Below are positions 1 to 8,355 of a DNA stretch of 61,218 nt, piece after piece. This DNA comes from Candidatus Izemoplasmatales bacterium. Lineage in GTDB: Bacteria; Bacillota_I; Bacilli_A; Izemoplasmatales; Hujiaoplasmataceae. Position 1 is the first letter of the stretch. The number at the start of each line of letters is the position of its first letter. Under the pieces are notes generated by a model. That model had not been told where the DNA came from. It saw only the letters and a list, made by a program, of their open reading frames with translations, and made no database searches. The stretch spans positions 1 to 61,218 of the forward strand of contig JAVVFA010000001.1 of the NCBI GenBank assembly GCA_032251215.1, in the 5' to 3' direction. Made by a program: the position numbers and the translations under genes.

Positions 1-422
1 ATAAGACTTTTCTTATTCAAGAAAATGAATATTTATTAGATGTTTTACGAAGAAATGATTACCCTAGCGTTAGAAGAGGTTGTGACAATACTAGTTGTGG
101 TGTCTGTACTGTTTTACTTGATGGTAAACCAGTTCCTTCTTGTTCTGTCTTAGCTATTAGATGCGAGGATCGAGCAATAACAACAGTTGAAGGGATAGAA
201 AAAGAAGTTGAGAAATTAGCTAAACATTTTGGTGAGTTAGGAGCTGATCAATGTGGTTTTTGCAATCCTTCAATGGCTTTGACTGTATACTCTTTAAAAT
301 TAGAGAATAAGGAAGCAAACGAAGAAGAAATAAAAAAATATTTAGTTGGTAATTTATGTAGATGCACAGGCTATGTTGCTCAACATGAAGCGATAAAAAG
401 ATATTTAGGTGATGAATTATGA
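1..422 (+). CDS. [2Fe-2S] small subunit of a xanthine-dehydrogenase-family molybdenum hydroxylase (5' end outside window)
   Basis: Frame open from base 3 to TGA 420-422. Translation ...RRGCDNTSCGVCTVLLDG...GADQCGFCNPSM...GNLCRCTGY carries both Cys clusters of CoxS-type Fe-S subunits. The stop overlaps the next ATG (ATGA). Confidence 0.85.
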   Translation, partial: KTFLIQENEYLLDVLRRNDYPSVRRGCDNTSCGVCTVLLDGKPVPSCSVLAIRCEDRAITTVEGIEKEVEKLAKHFGELGADQCGFCNPSMALTVYSLKLENKEANEEEIKKYLVGNLCRCTGYVAQHEAIKRYLGDEL

Positions 423-2731
423 AAGTAGTTAATACTTTAGTCAAGTCCGTTGACGGACTTGGAATAATGAAGGGTAGAAAAGCTTATACTGATGATTTTG
501 CCGAAAAAAATTCTTTGATTGTTAAAGTTTTACGCTCGCCGCATTCGTATGCAAAGATTATTAAGATTGATGATATAGAAGCTAAAAAACTTACTGGTGT
601 TGAAATGATTTTAACACATAAGGATTTTAAGAGGATTCCATTTACTAGAGCTGGTCAAGGATATCCTGAACCTTCACCGCACGATAAATTTGTTTTGGAT
701 GAATATGTAAGATATATTGGCGATGAAGTTCTAGCAGTAGTTGGTGTTAGTGATGAAGTATGTCAAAAAGCTTTGGATTTAATAAAAGTTGAATATGAGA
801 TATTAGAACCTGTTTTAGATTTTGAAAAAGCTAAAGACAATTTGGTGATAATCCATCCAGAGCCAGAAATCCATGAGATGTTTGATATTGGATTTAAACC
901 GAAGAGAAACATTGCGGCTAGTTATGGAATGGAAATCGGTGATGTTAAAAAGACTTTAGACGCTTGTGATTATGTTATAAAAGAAACCTTCTATACCCAA
1001 GCACAAGCTCATGTGATGATGGAACCACATACAGTTAATGCAAGAATGGATTACATGAATAGAATACTAATCTATAGTGCAACGCAAACACCTTTCCACG
1101 TAAGAAGAATTATCTCTCAAGGTTTAGAAATACCGATGTCGAAAATTAGGGTTATTAAACCGAGAGTTGGTGGGGGATTTGGCGGAAAGCAGGCAATTCA
1201 TGGTGAAATGCTTGTCGCTTACGTAACCTATAAAACCGGTAAACCAGCAAAGATGATTTATACAAGAAAAGAAGTTTTTGAATCGACGTATTCACGTCAT
1301 CCGATGCGAATAGATATAGCTTTAGGCGCTGATAAAGAAGGTGATTTAAAAGCAATTGATTGTTTTGGATTGTCTGATACTGGTGCTTATGGTGAGCATG
1401 CTTTAACTGTTTTTATGGTTACTGGTTCTAAGGTATTACCTTTATATAATAAGGTTGATTCAGTTAGATTCGCTGGTGATATCGTTTATACTAACCATAC
1501 GCCAGCAGGAGCTTTTAGAGGATATGGAGCTATTCAAGGAAATTTCGCTTTGGAAAGTGCTGTTGATATCTTATGTAAAAAAATGAAGATGAATCCGATT
1601 GCCTTTAGACAGAAAAACATGATGAAGGAAAAAGAAACTTCACCGATATTTGCGATTATGGGTGAAGGTACTGCTGGAACGGCAATGAACATGGAAACAT
1701 GTAAGTTGGAAGAATGCGTTGAAAGAGGAATGAAACTGATTGATTGGAAAAACAAATATCCAAGAATCGAGACTGAAGACAAAATCAGATCAGTCGGCAT
1801 GGCGATAGCGATGCAGGGTAGTGGTATTCCTTATATTGATATGGGTAGTGCAACAATTAAACTAAATGATGATGGTTTTTATAATTTGATGGTAGGAGCG
1901 ACGGAAATCGGTCAAGGTAGTGATACTGTTTTGACACAAATCGCCGCAGAAGAATTAATGATTGACGTTGAAAAAGTTATTATTTATTCTTCTGATACTG
2001 ACCTTACCCCATTTGATGTTGGCGCCTATGCTTCTAGTACCACTTATGTCAGTGGTAATGCCGTTAAAAGAGCAGCTAAAGAATTAAAAGAACAAATGCT
2101 TATTGAAGCTGCGAAAATCTTTGATGTTAAGGTTGAAGATGTTAATTTTGACGGTGAAACATTTAAGGTTGATAATACTGAAAAAGAAATGAGTTTAGTT
2201 GAATTTTCTAATCAAATAACTTATTCTCATGAACAAAAGCAACTTCAAGTTACTTCAAGTTATGTTGGCCATAAATCACCACCGCCATTTATGGCAGGCT
2301 TTATCGAAATTGAAATCGATAAAGAAACTTTTGAGATTGATATCCTCCATTATGTTAGTGTAGTTGATTGTGGAACGACAATTAATCCGATGTTAGCTAA
2401 GGGTCAAGTCGATGGAGCGATAATACAAGGTTTAGGCATGGCGCATTTTGAAGATGTGATTTACGCTAAAAACGGAAAATTGATATCTGGTGATATGTTG
2501 AACTATAAAATACCGACAAGATTAGATGTTAAGAAACTAACGACAATATTTGTTGATAGTTATGAAGCAAGCGGTCCTTTTGGAGCTAAGTCAGTTGGAG
2601 AAATTGGCATTGATACTCCACCAGCAGCTTTAGCCAATGCTGTGGATAATGCTTTAGGAATAAGAATAAAAGATTTACCTATTACTTCTGAAAAAATATT
2701 TAAAGAGATGAGGAGAAAAAATAATGAATAA
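419..2731 (+). CDS. Molybdopterin-binding large subunit, xanthine dehydrogenase/aldehyde oxidase family (set 1)
   Basis: 770-aa ORF with motifs PRVGGGFGGK, AFRGYGAIQG and SVGEIGIDTPPAA (catalytic Glu region). Translationally coupled to the Fe-S subunit. Confidence 0.9.
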   Translation: MKVVNTLVKSVDGLGIMKGRKAYTDDFAEKNSLIVKVLRSPHSYAKIIKIDDIEAKKLTGVEMILTHKDFKRIPFTRAGQGYPEPSPHDKFVLDEYVRYIGDEVLAVVGVSDEVCQKALDLIKVEYEILEPVLDFEKAKDNLVIIHPEPEIHEMFDIGFKPKRNIAASYGMEIGDVKKTLDACDYVIKETFYTQAQAHVMMEPHTVNARMDYMNRILIYSATQTPFHVRRIISQGLEIPMSKIRVIKPRVGGGFGGKQAIHGEMLVAYVTYKTGKPAKMIYTRKEVFESTYSRHPMRIDIALGADKEGDLKAIDCFGLSDTGAYGEHALTVFMVTGSKVLPLYNKVDSVRFAGDIVYTNHTPAGAFRGYGAIQGNFALESAVDILCKKMKMNPIAFRQKNMMKEKETSPIFAIMGEGTAGTAMNMETCKLEECVERGMKLIDWKNKYPRIETEDKIRSVGMAIAMQGSGIPYIDMGSATIKLNDDGFYNLMVGATEIGQGSDTVLTQIAAEELMIDVEKVIIYSSDTDLTPFDVGAYASSTTYVSGNAVKRAAKELKEQMLIEAAKIFDVKVEDVNFDGETFKVDNTEKEMSLVEFSNQITYSHEQKQLQVTSSYVGHKSPPPFMAGFIEIEIDKETFEIDILHYVSVVDCGTTINPMLAKGQVDGAIIQGLGMAHFEDVIYAKNGKLISGDMLNYKIPTRLDVKKLTTIFVDSYEASGPFGAKSVGEIGIDTPPAALANAVDNALGIRIKDLPITSEKIFKEMRRKNNE

Positions 2732-3359
2732 GCGATGGGAATTAGTATTTAAAATTATCTTCTTTGGAGCTGTCTGGGGAATTATAGAAGCAACTTTAGG
2801 TTATGCACTACACCTTTTACCAGCTCTTATTGCTGGAAGTTTGATGTTTCCTTTGGTTATGCTTGTCTTGTATAAAGCACATCAAAGTATTGAATCAAGA
2901 AAAGCAATTATGTTTGTGGGAATTGTTGCGATCTTAATTAAAGCAACAAATTTGTTTTTACCAATGTTACCACCGGCAAAAACAATCAATCCGATGATTG
3001 CGATGTTTTTACAAAGTTTATTAGTATTTGCGGTAATACCGATTTTGACTTCCGATAAACCTTTTAATAAAGTATCTGCTATTGCTTTTGTTAGCGTTAC
3101 TTGGCGTTTAGGAATGGTTGGTTATTATTTGTTTAATGCAGTTACTAATGGTTTTATTGATTTTAGAATTGCTTCTTTTGATCCTGCTTTTAGTTTTATC
3201 GTGATTGAAGGATTAATTTCAGCTGCTTTAGCAATTGTTTTATTGTTTGCGACTAATCAGATAAAAGTAATGGATAAGATAAATCGCATGCGAATTAACC
3301 CAGTTGTTTCAACTGTGCTTTTAGCAATCGCGGTATTTTTGACTTTAGTGAAATTCTAG
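2724..3359 (+). CDS. Polytopic membrane protein of unknown function, coupled to the Mo-hydroxylase gene
   Basis: 211 aa. ATG overlaps the upstream stop by 8 nt. About six hydrophobic helices (IIFFGAVWGIIEATLGYAL, VGIVAILIKATNLFL, LLAIAVFLTLV). No family recognised. Confidence 0.7.
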   Translation: MNKRWELVFKIIFFGAVWGIIEATLGYALHLLPALIAGSLMFPLVMLVLYKAHQSIESRKAIMFVGIVAILIKATNLFLPMLPPAKTINPMIAMFLQSLLVFAVIPILTSDKPFNKVSAIAFVSVTWRLGMVGYYLFNAVTNGFIDFRIASFDPAFSFIVIEGLISAALAIVLLFATNQIKVMDKINRMRINPVVSTVLLAIAVFLTLVKF

Positions 3360-3367
3360 GTGAATAA

Positions 3368-4207
3368 ATGGATATTTTTAAATTAATCAATGAGTACAAA
3401 CAAAAGAATATCGCTCTTATAGCCGTGACAGCTGTTGAAAAAGAGGGTGCTGGACCAGTAGAAGTGGGTAAAAAAATGATTGTTCTTCCTGACGGTAATA
3501 GTATTGGAACTGTCGGCGGGGGAGCGATTGAGTTTTATGCACAGAAAAAATCTAAAGAATTATTGGAAAAGAGAGAAAGTTTGTTAGAAACTTATGTTTT
3601 GGATGAAGGCAAAGTTATGCCTGAATCAAAAACTTTACCGATGGTTTGCGGTGGGGTTGTGACTTTGTTTTATGAGTATATCGGTCCTAAGGCGACAATT
3701 TACATTTTTGGTGGTGGTCATGTTGGTCAAGCTTTGGTAAATGTCTTAAAAACGATGAACTTTCATGTGACGGTTATCGATAAGAGAAAGGATATAATTG
3801 ATAAGATTACTAACGCTGATGTTCTAGCCAATGAAGCTTTTGTGCCATTTATTGAAAAAGATATTATCAAAGATGGGGATTATATTATTGTCTGTACTCC
3901 AAGTCATAGGTATGATTATCATGTTATAAATAAAATCTTGGAAAAGAAGATAAAGCCAAGATATTTAGGTATGCTTTGTTCACCTGATAAGATTAGAGGT
4001 TATTTAAAGTCAACTTATGAAACTTTTGGTAAAGATATTGATTTAAGTTTTTTTTACTCGCCGATTGGTCTTGATATTGGTGGAATGACACCGGAAGAAA
4101 TTGCCATATCAATCAGTGCGGAAATACTAGCTATTTCTTATGATAAAACAGGGCATAAACATATGCGGGAGATCTTAGATGGTAAAGATTGTTACTGGAA
4201 AGATTAA
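3368..4207 (+). CDS. XdhC/CoxI-family molybdenum-hydroxylase maturation factor
   Basis: 279 aa. N-terminal XdhC_CoxI-like region plus a C-terminal Rossmann-like segment with IFGGGHVGQAL. Confidence 0.8.
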   Translation: MDIFKLINEYKQKNIALIAVTAVEKEGAGPVEVGKKMIVLPDGNSIGTVGGGAIEFYAQKKSKELLEKRESLLETYVLDEGKVMPESKTLPMVCGGVVTLFYEYIGPKATIYIFGGGHVGQALVNVLKTMNFHVTVIDKRKDIIDKITNADVLANEAFVPFIEKDIIKDGDYIIVCTPSHRYDYHVINKILEKKIKPRYLGMLCSPDKIRGYLKSTYETFGKDIDLSFFYSPIGLDIGGMTPEEIAISISAEILAISYDKTGHKHMREILDGKDCYWKD

Positions 4208-4646
4208 TTCTTATAAATCAACAAGATTACTTGAACTTTATAACAAAGATCATCTGGGCGATGGTTTTATTGCCAAAAAAATTATGAAAAATGATTTAGT
4301 AATGGGTTATGATTTAGTTCAACTTTCAAACAAGAAAGAAATTCCTTTTATTAGAAGAGATATCTATGATAAAGGGATTGAAGATGTAATTTACCAATTA
4401 GGTCCTTATCACTTCTTTAAATCGGCTTTTGAATATGTTGAAAAAGAAGTAGAAGATTTTTCAAAAAGAGGAGTAAGTCCAATTTACCTTGATGAGATTA
4501 GTTTGTTAGAACTTGAAGAAAATGGGTTTCATAAAGTATTAGTAAAGTTACTTAAAAAAGAAATAGACTTATGTTTAGTTGTAAGAGTTGATTTATTGGA
4601 TAGAGTCTTAGAGAAATATCAGATTAAAGACAAGGTAATTATCTAA
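4179..4646 (+). CDS. Small P-loop-like NTPase-fold protein with degenerate Walker A (function unknown)
   Basis: 155 aa. Start overlaps the XdhC-like gene by 29 nt. IVTGKINSYKST resembles GxxxxGKST but has Tyr at the second Gly; IYLDEISLLE is Walker-B-like. Confidence 0.55.
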   Translation: MVKIVTGKINSYKSTRLLELYNKDHLGDGFIAKKIMKNDLVMGYDLVQLSNKKEIPFIRRDIYDKGIEDVIYQLGPYHFFKSAFEYVEKEVEDFSKRGVSPIYLDEISLLELEENGFHKVLVKLLKKEIDLCLVVRVDLLDRVLEKYQIKDKVII

Positions 4647-4661
4647 GGAGTTGAAGAAAGC

Positions 4662-5951
4662 GTGTTTGATAAAAGAATTATTAACGGACAAGTTTACCTA
4701 GACGGTAAATTCAAGAAAACTAATATCTATATCAAAAAAGATATCATCACTAAAGTTGATGATGCTTTGTTTACGGCTAAAGAGAGTTTTGACGTTAATA
4801 ATGCTTTGGTTATTCCGGGATTGATTGATCCTCATGTTCATTTTCACCTTAATTTAGGTCATATTTATTCGCGTGATGATTTCTATTATGGAACTTTACA
4901 AGCTGCTTATGGCGGGATTACAACAATTATTGACTTTCTTGATCCAGTGGATAATGTTGAAGACTTAGTTAAAGCTTATGAAAGAAGACTTGTAGAGGCT
5001 AAAGATTCAGTGATTGATTATAGTTTTCATGCGACTATTAAAGATCCTAAGTGTGATTTAGAAGAATTTGTTTTAAAGATGAAAGAGTTGAATATTAATT
5101 CTTTAAAACTTTTTACTACTTATTCTGATAGCGGTAGAAGAACTTTTGATAATGAAATTATTGAACTTTTAAAGCTTTCAGAAAAGTATAAATTTTTATT
5201 GTTAGCGCATATTGAAAATGATAATTTGATTGATTTAAATCCAAATTATAAATATAACTGCCTTTTAAAATCAAGACCTTCAATCTCAGAAACGAAAGAA
5301 GCTTTGAAACTTGCTGGTTATGTTGATAAATATGGTGGTTATTTATATATGGTTCATTTGAGCAGCGGCCATACTTTAGAAAGACTTAAGAGTGAATTTT
5401 CACATATATTAAATAAAAAGTTCTTTGTGGAAAGTTGTCCGCACTATTTTCTGTTTACCAATGATTTTTTAGAAAAGTGCGATGGACAGTTATTTACTTT
5501 AGCGCCACCTTTAAGAACGAGAAAGGAAAGAACGCTTCTAAAAGATCAATTTAATGATGTCTTTTCAATTGGTACTGATCATTGTGCTTTTAATAAAAAA
5601 GATAAGGAACAGAAATTTTTAAAGGACATTCCTTTGGGTATTGGCGGAATAGAATTTTCTTTCGATATGATGTATGAACTATATAAAGAAGATTCAATTA
5701 ATAAGATGAGTAAGAATATTGCATCATTGTACCCTAACTTAAGCTTTAAGGGTGAAATAAAGGTAGGAAAGCTTGCAAGTTTATTTGTCTATGAATTATA
5801 TGATAACTTTATCGCTGAAAGTCATGGGGCTACGGATTATAATTTATATGAAAACTTTAAAAGATCAGGTGCTGTTCTTTATACCATGAACAGGGGCGAA
5901 TTTGTGATTAAGAACGGTAAGTTTGTTAAAGCTGTAGCTATGAAAGTTTAG
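4662..5951 (+). CDS. Cyclic amidohydrolase, D-hydantoinase/dihydropyrimidinase-like (HyuA/YgeZ-type)
   Basis: GTG start 11 nt after AAGGAG; 429 aa. Motifs PGLIDPHVHFHL, NSLKLF (carboxylated-Lys position), MVHLSS and GTDHCAF. Confidence 0.75.
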   Translation: MFDKRIINGQVYLDGKFKKTNIYIKKDIITKVDDALFTAKESFDVNNALVIPGLIDPHVHFHLNLGHIYSRDDFYYGTLQAAYGGITTIIDFLDPVDNVEDLVKAYERRLVEAKDSVIDYSFHATIKDPKCDLEEFVLKMKELNINSLKLFTTYSDSGRRTFDNEIIELLKLSEKYKFLLLAHIENDNLIDLNPNYKYNCLLKSRPSISETKEALKLAGYVDKYGGYLYMVHLSSGHTLERLKSEFSHILNKKFFVESCPHYFLFTNDFLEKCDGQLFTLAPPLRTRKERTLLKDQFNDVFSIGTDHCAFNKKDKEQKFLKDIPLGIGGIEFSFDMMYELYKEDSINKMSKNIASLYPNLSFKGEIKVGKLASLFVYELYDNFIAESHGATDYNLYENFKRSGAVLYTMNRGEFVIKNGKFVKAVAMKV

Positions 5952-5963
5952 GGGTGAAGATTA

Positions 5964-7280
5964 ATGTATTCAATAATTAATGCTAAAATTTATGATTATA
6001 AAAATTATCTTGATAATGGCTATCTTATCTTTGATGATTTTGTAGTAGAAGTCGGAAAAATGATTAATTATATTAACAAAAATTATTCTGAGATTGATGT
6101 ATCTGGAAATCTCGTTATTCCGGGATTTGTGACTGGTCATACACATTTATATTCAACCTTTGCCAGAGGTTTAAATTTAGAGTTTAATCCGAAGAATTTT
6201 GTTGAAATATTAGAACAATTATGGTGGAAAGTTGATCGTTTTCTTGATAAGGATATGATATATTATTCTGCACTCATGGGTGGGTTGGACCAATTAAAAA
6301 TGGGGACAACGACATTGATAGATCATCATGCTTCATTTGAAGTTGATGGAAGTTTAGAAACAATAAAAAAAGCTTTGAATGATAGGTTAGGATTAAGAAG
6401 TATTCTTGCTTTTGAAGTGAGCGACCGGTTTAATGTTAAAAAAGGTATTTTAGAAAACGTTAATTACATCAAAAATCATCAAAACAGTATAACAACTGGT
6501 TTGATGGGGATGCATGCTTCATTATCATTAAGCGATGCGAGTTTAATTAAAATCAAAGATGATTTAGATGGTAACGGTATTCATATTCATGTAGCTGAAA
6601 GTTTGATGGATGAAGAAGAATGTATAAAGAATTACGGTATGAGAGTCGTTGAAAGATTAGAGAAGTTTGGTTTGCTAAACGATAAAGCATTATTAGTTCA
6701 TTGTACCCATATTAATGAAGTCGAAATGGATATCATAAAAAAATATAACGCAACGATTGCGGTTAATGTAACTTCTAATTTGAATAACGCTGTTGGTATT
6801 TCACAAATTAAGAAGTTCTTAGATAAGGGTATTAGGGTGATTAGTGGGAATGATGGTTTGATTCCATCTCAAGCCATGGAGTATTTAAATATCTATTATT
6901 TAAGTCATTTAAAGACAGCTTCACCAATCGGTTTTTCTTTGGAAGATTTAAAAAGCATCATTAACAATACATATGATTATACCAATATGTTATTAGGAAC
7001 GAACTTAGGGGTTTTTAAAAAAGGAAGCGAAGCTGATATTTTAATTGTTGATTATAAACCATTTACTTTAATGAATGAGAATAACGTTTTTGGTCACATC
7101 TTCTTTGGCGTTTATCCGGGATTAAAACCTAAAAGTATTTTCGCTAGTGGCAAGTTGTTGATTGATAATTATCAGTTTATCGAAAATTATGACAATTCAT
7201 ATAAAGAAGCTCTTCTTGAAGCCAACAAACTTTGGGAGAAGTTAGAGAAGGAAGGTAAGAAGATTGAATTTAAATACTAG
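5964..7280 (+). CDS. ssnA: SsnA-like aminohydrolase (chlorohydrolase/deaminase subfamily of amidohydrolases)
   Basis: 438 aa. PGFVTGHTHLYS and HVAES metal-ligand motifs. RBS AGGGGTGA. Context matches the ssnA neighbourhood. Confidence 0.7.
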   Translation: MYSIINAKIYDYKNYLDNGYLIFDDFVVEVGKMINYINKNYSEIDVSGNLVIPGFVTGHTHLYSTFARGLNLEFNPKNFVEILEQLWWKVDRFLDKDMIYYSALMGGLDQLKMGTTTLIDHHASFEVDGSLETIKKALNDRLGLRSILAFEVSDRFNVKKGILENVNYIKNHQNSITTGLMGMHASLSLSDASLIKIKDDLDGNGIHIHVAESLMDEEECIKNYGMRVVERLEKFGLLNDKALLVHCTHINEVEMDIIKKYNATIAVNVTSNLNNAVGISQIKKFLDKGIRVISGNDGLIPSQAMEYLNIYYLSHLKTASPIGFSLEDLKSIINNTYDYTNMLLGTNLGVFKKGSEADILIVDYKPFTLMNENNVFGHIFFGVYPGLKPKSIFASGKLLIDNYQFIENYDNSYKEALLEANKLWEKLEKEGKKIEFKY

Positions 7281-8340
7281 TTTCGACGGTTTAAAGTTAA
7301 GTAATCCTTTAATGCCTGCGGCAGGTCCGCTGAATGGCGATTTAGAAAAGTTGAAGTTTTTAGTCAATCAAGGTTGTGGAGCGATTGTCACTAAAACGAT
7401 ATCCAAAGAATTACCGCATATCCCTAAACCATGTATTTATGGTGATAAGACTTTTATTATGAATTCTGAGTTATGGAGTGAGATTAGTTATAAGACTTGG
7501 ATTGAAGAAATATTGCCTGAGTTTGTTAAGATAAAAGATCGCCCTTTGATTGTTAGTTTAGGTTATTCAAAAGAGGATATGGAATTTTTAGTGCCAAAGG
7601 TCGAAGAGTTCGCTGATGCTTTTGAAATATCTACTCATTATGTTGGGACTAATTTAGATGTTATTAAGGATACTGTTAAAGCGATTCGTAAAAATACTAA
7701 AAAACCGATTTATATGAAAATAAGTCCACATATTCCTGATCCTGAAGGTTTTGCGAGAGCGATTAAAGAAGCAGGAGCTAATGGAGTAGTGGCGATAAAT
7801 TCTTTAGGCCCGACAATGAAGATTGATCTTAAAACAAGAAAAATTATCTATGGTAATGAAAAAGGTTTTGTTTGGACGAGTGGACCAGCAATTAAGCCAA
7901 TTGCTTTAGCTACTGTTTACAAAATCAAACAAGCTGAACCATCTTTGACTGTTATAGGCGTTGGCGGTATTAAAAGCGCTGACGATGTTTTAGAATTTCT
8001 TTTAGCTGGAGCCAGTGGTGTACAGATGTTGTCAGCTGCGCTTTTACAGGGAAAAGAACTTTATTCTAAAATTATTAAAGATTTACCAATTGCTTTAGAA
8101 AAGTATGGTTTTACAAGTATTGAAGAAATTGTAAATCACGGTTTAACAAAGAATATCGTTTATAAACAATCTTTACCGGTACTGGATAAGGATAAATGTA
8201 TCGATTGTATGTTATGTCAAAAAATCTGTCCTTATTTTGCGATTGATTATCCAGGAGTGATTACTTTTAATCCTGATAAGTGCTTTGAATGCGGTCTATG
8301 CATCGCAAAATGTCCAACAGGAGCGATAAGTTTTAAATAA
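7264..8340 (+). CDS. PreA-like dihydroorotate/dihydropyrimidine-dehydrogenase-family flavoenzyme with C-terminal 2x[4Fe-4S] domain
   Basis: TTG start overlapping the upstream stop; 358 aa. SNPLMPAAGP, NSLGP and GVGGI TIM-barrel motifs, plus CIDCMLCQKICP and CFECGLCIAKCP ferredoxin motifs. Confidence 0.75.
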   Translation: MNLNTSFDGLKLSNPLMPAAGPLNGDLEKLKFLVNQGCGAIVTKTISKELPHIPKPCIYGDKTFIMNSELWSEISYKTWIEEILPEFVKIKDRPLIVSLGYSKEDMEFLVPKVEEFADAFEISTHYVGTNLDVIKDTVKAIRKNTKKPIYMKISPHIPDPEGFARAIKEAGANGVVAINSLGPTMKIDLKTRKIIYGNEKGFVWTSGPAIKPIALATVYKIKQAEPSLTVIGVGGIKSADDVLEFLLAGASGVQMLSAALLQGKELYSKIIKDLPIALEKYGFTSIEEIVNHGLTKNIVYKQSLPVLDKDKCIDCMLCQKICPYFAIDYPGVITFNPDKCFECGLCIAKCPTGAISFK

Positions 8341-8355
8341 AGAGGTGAGTTGAAC

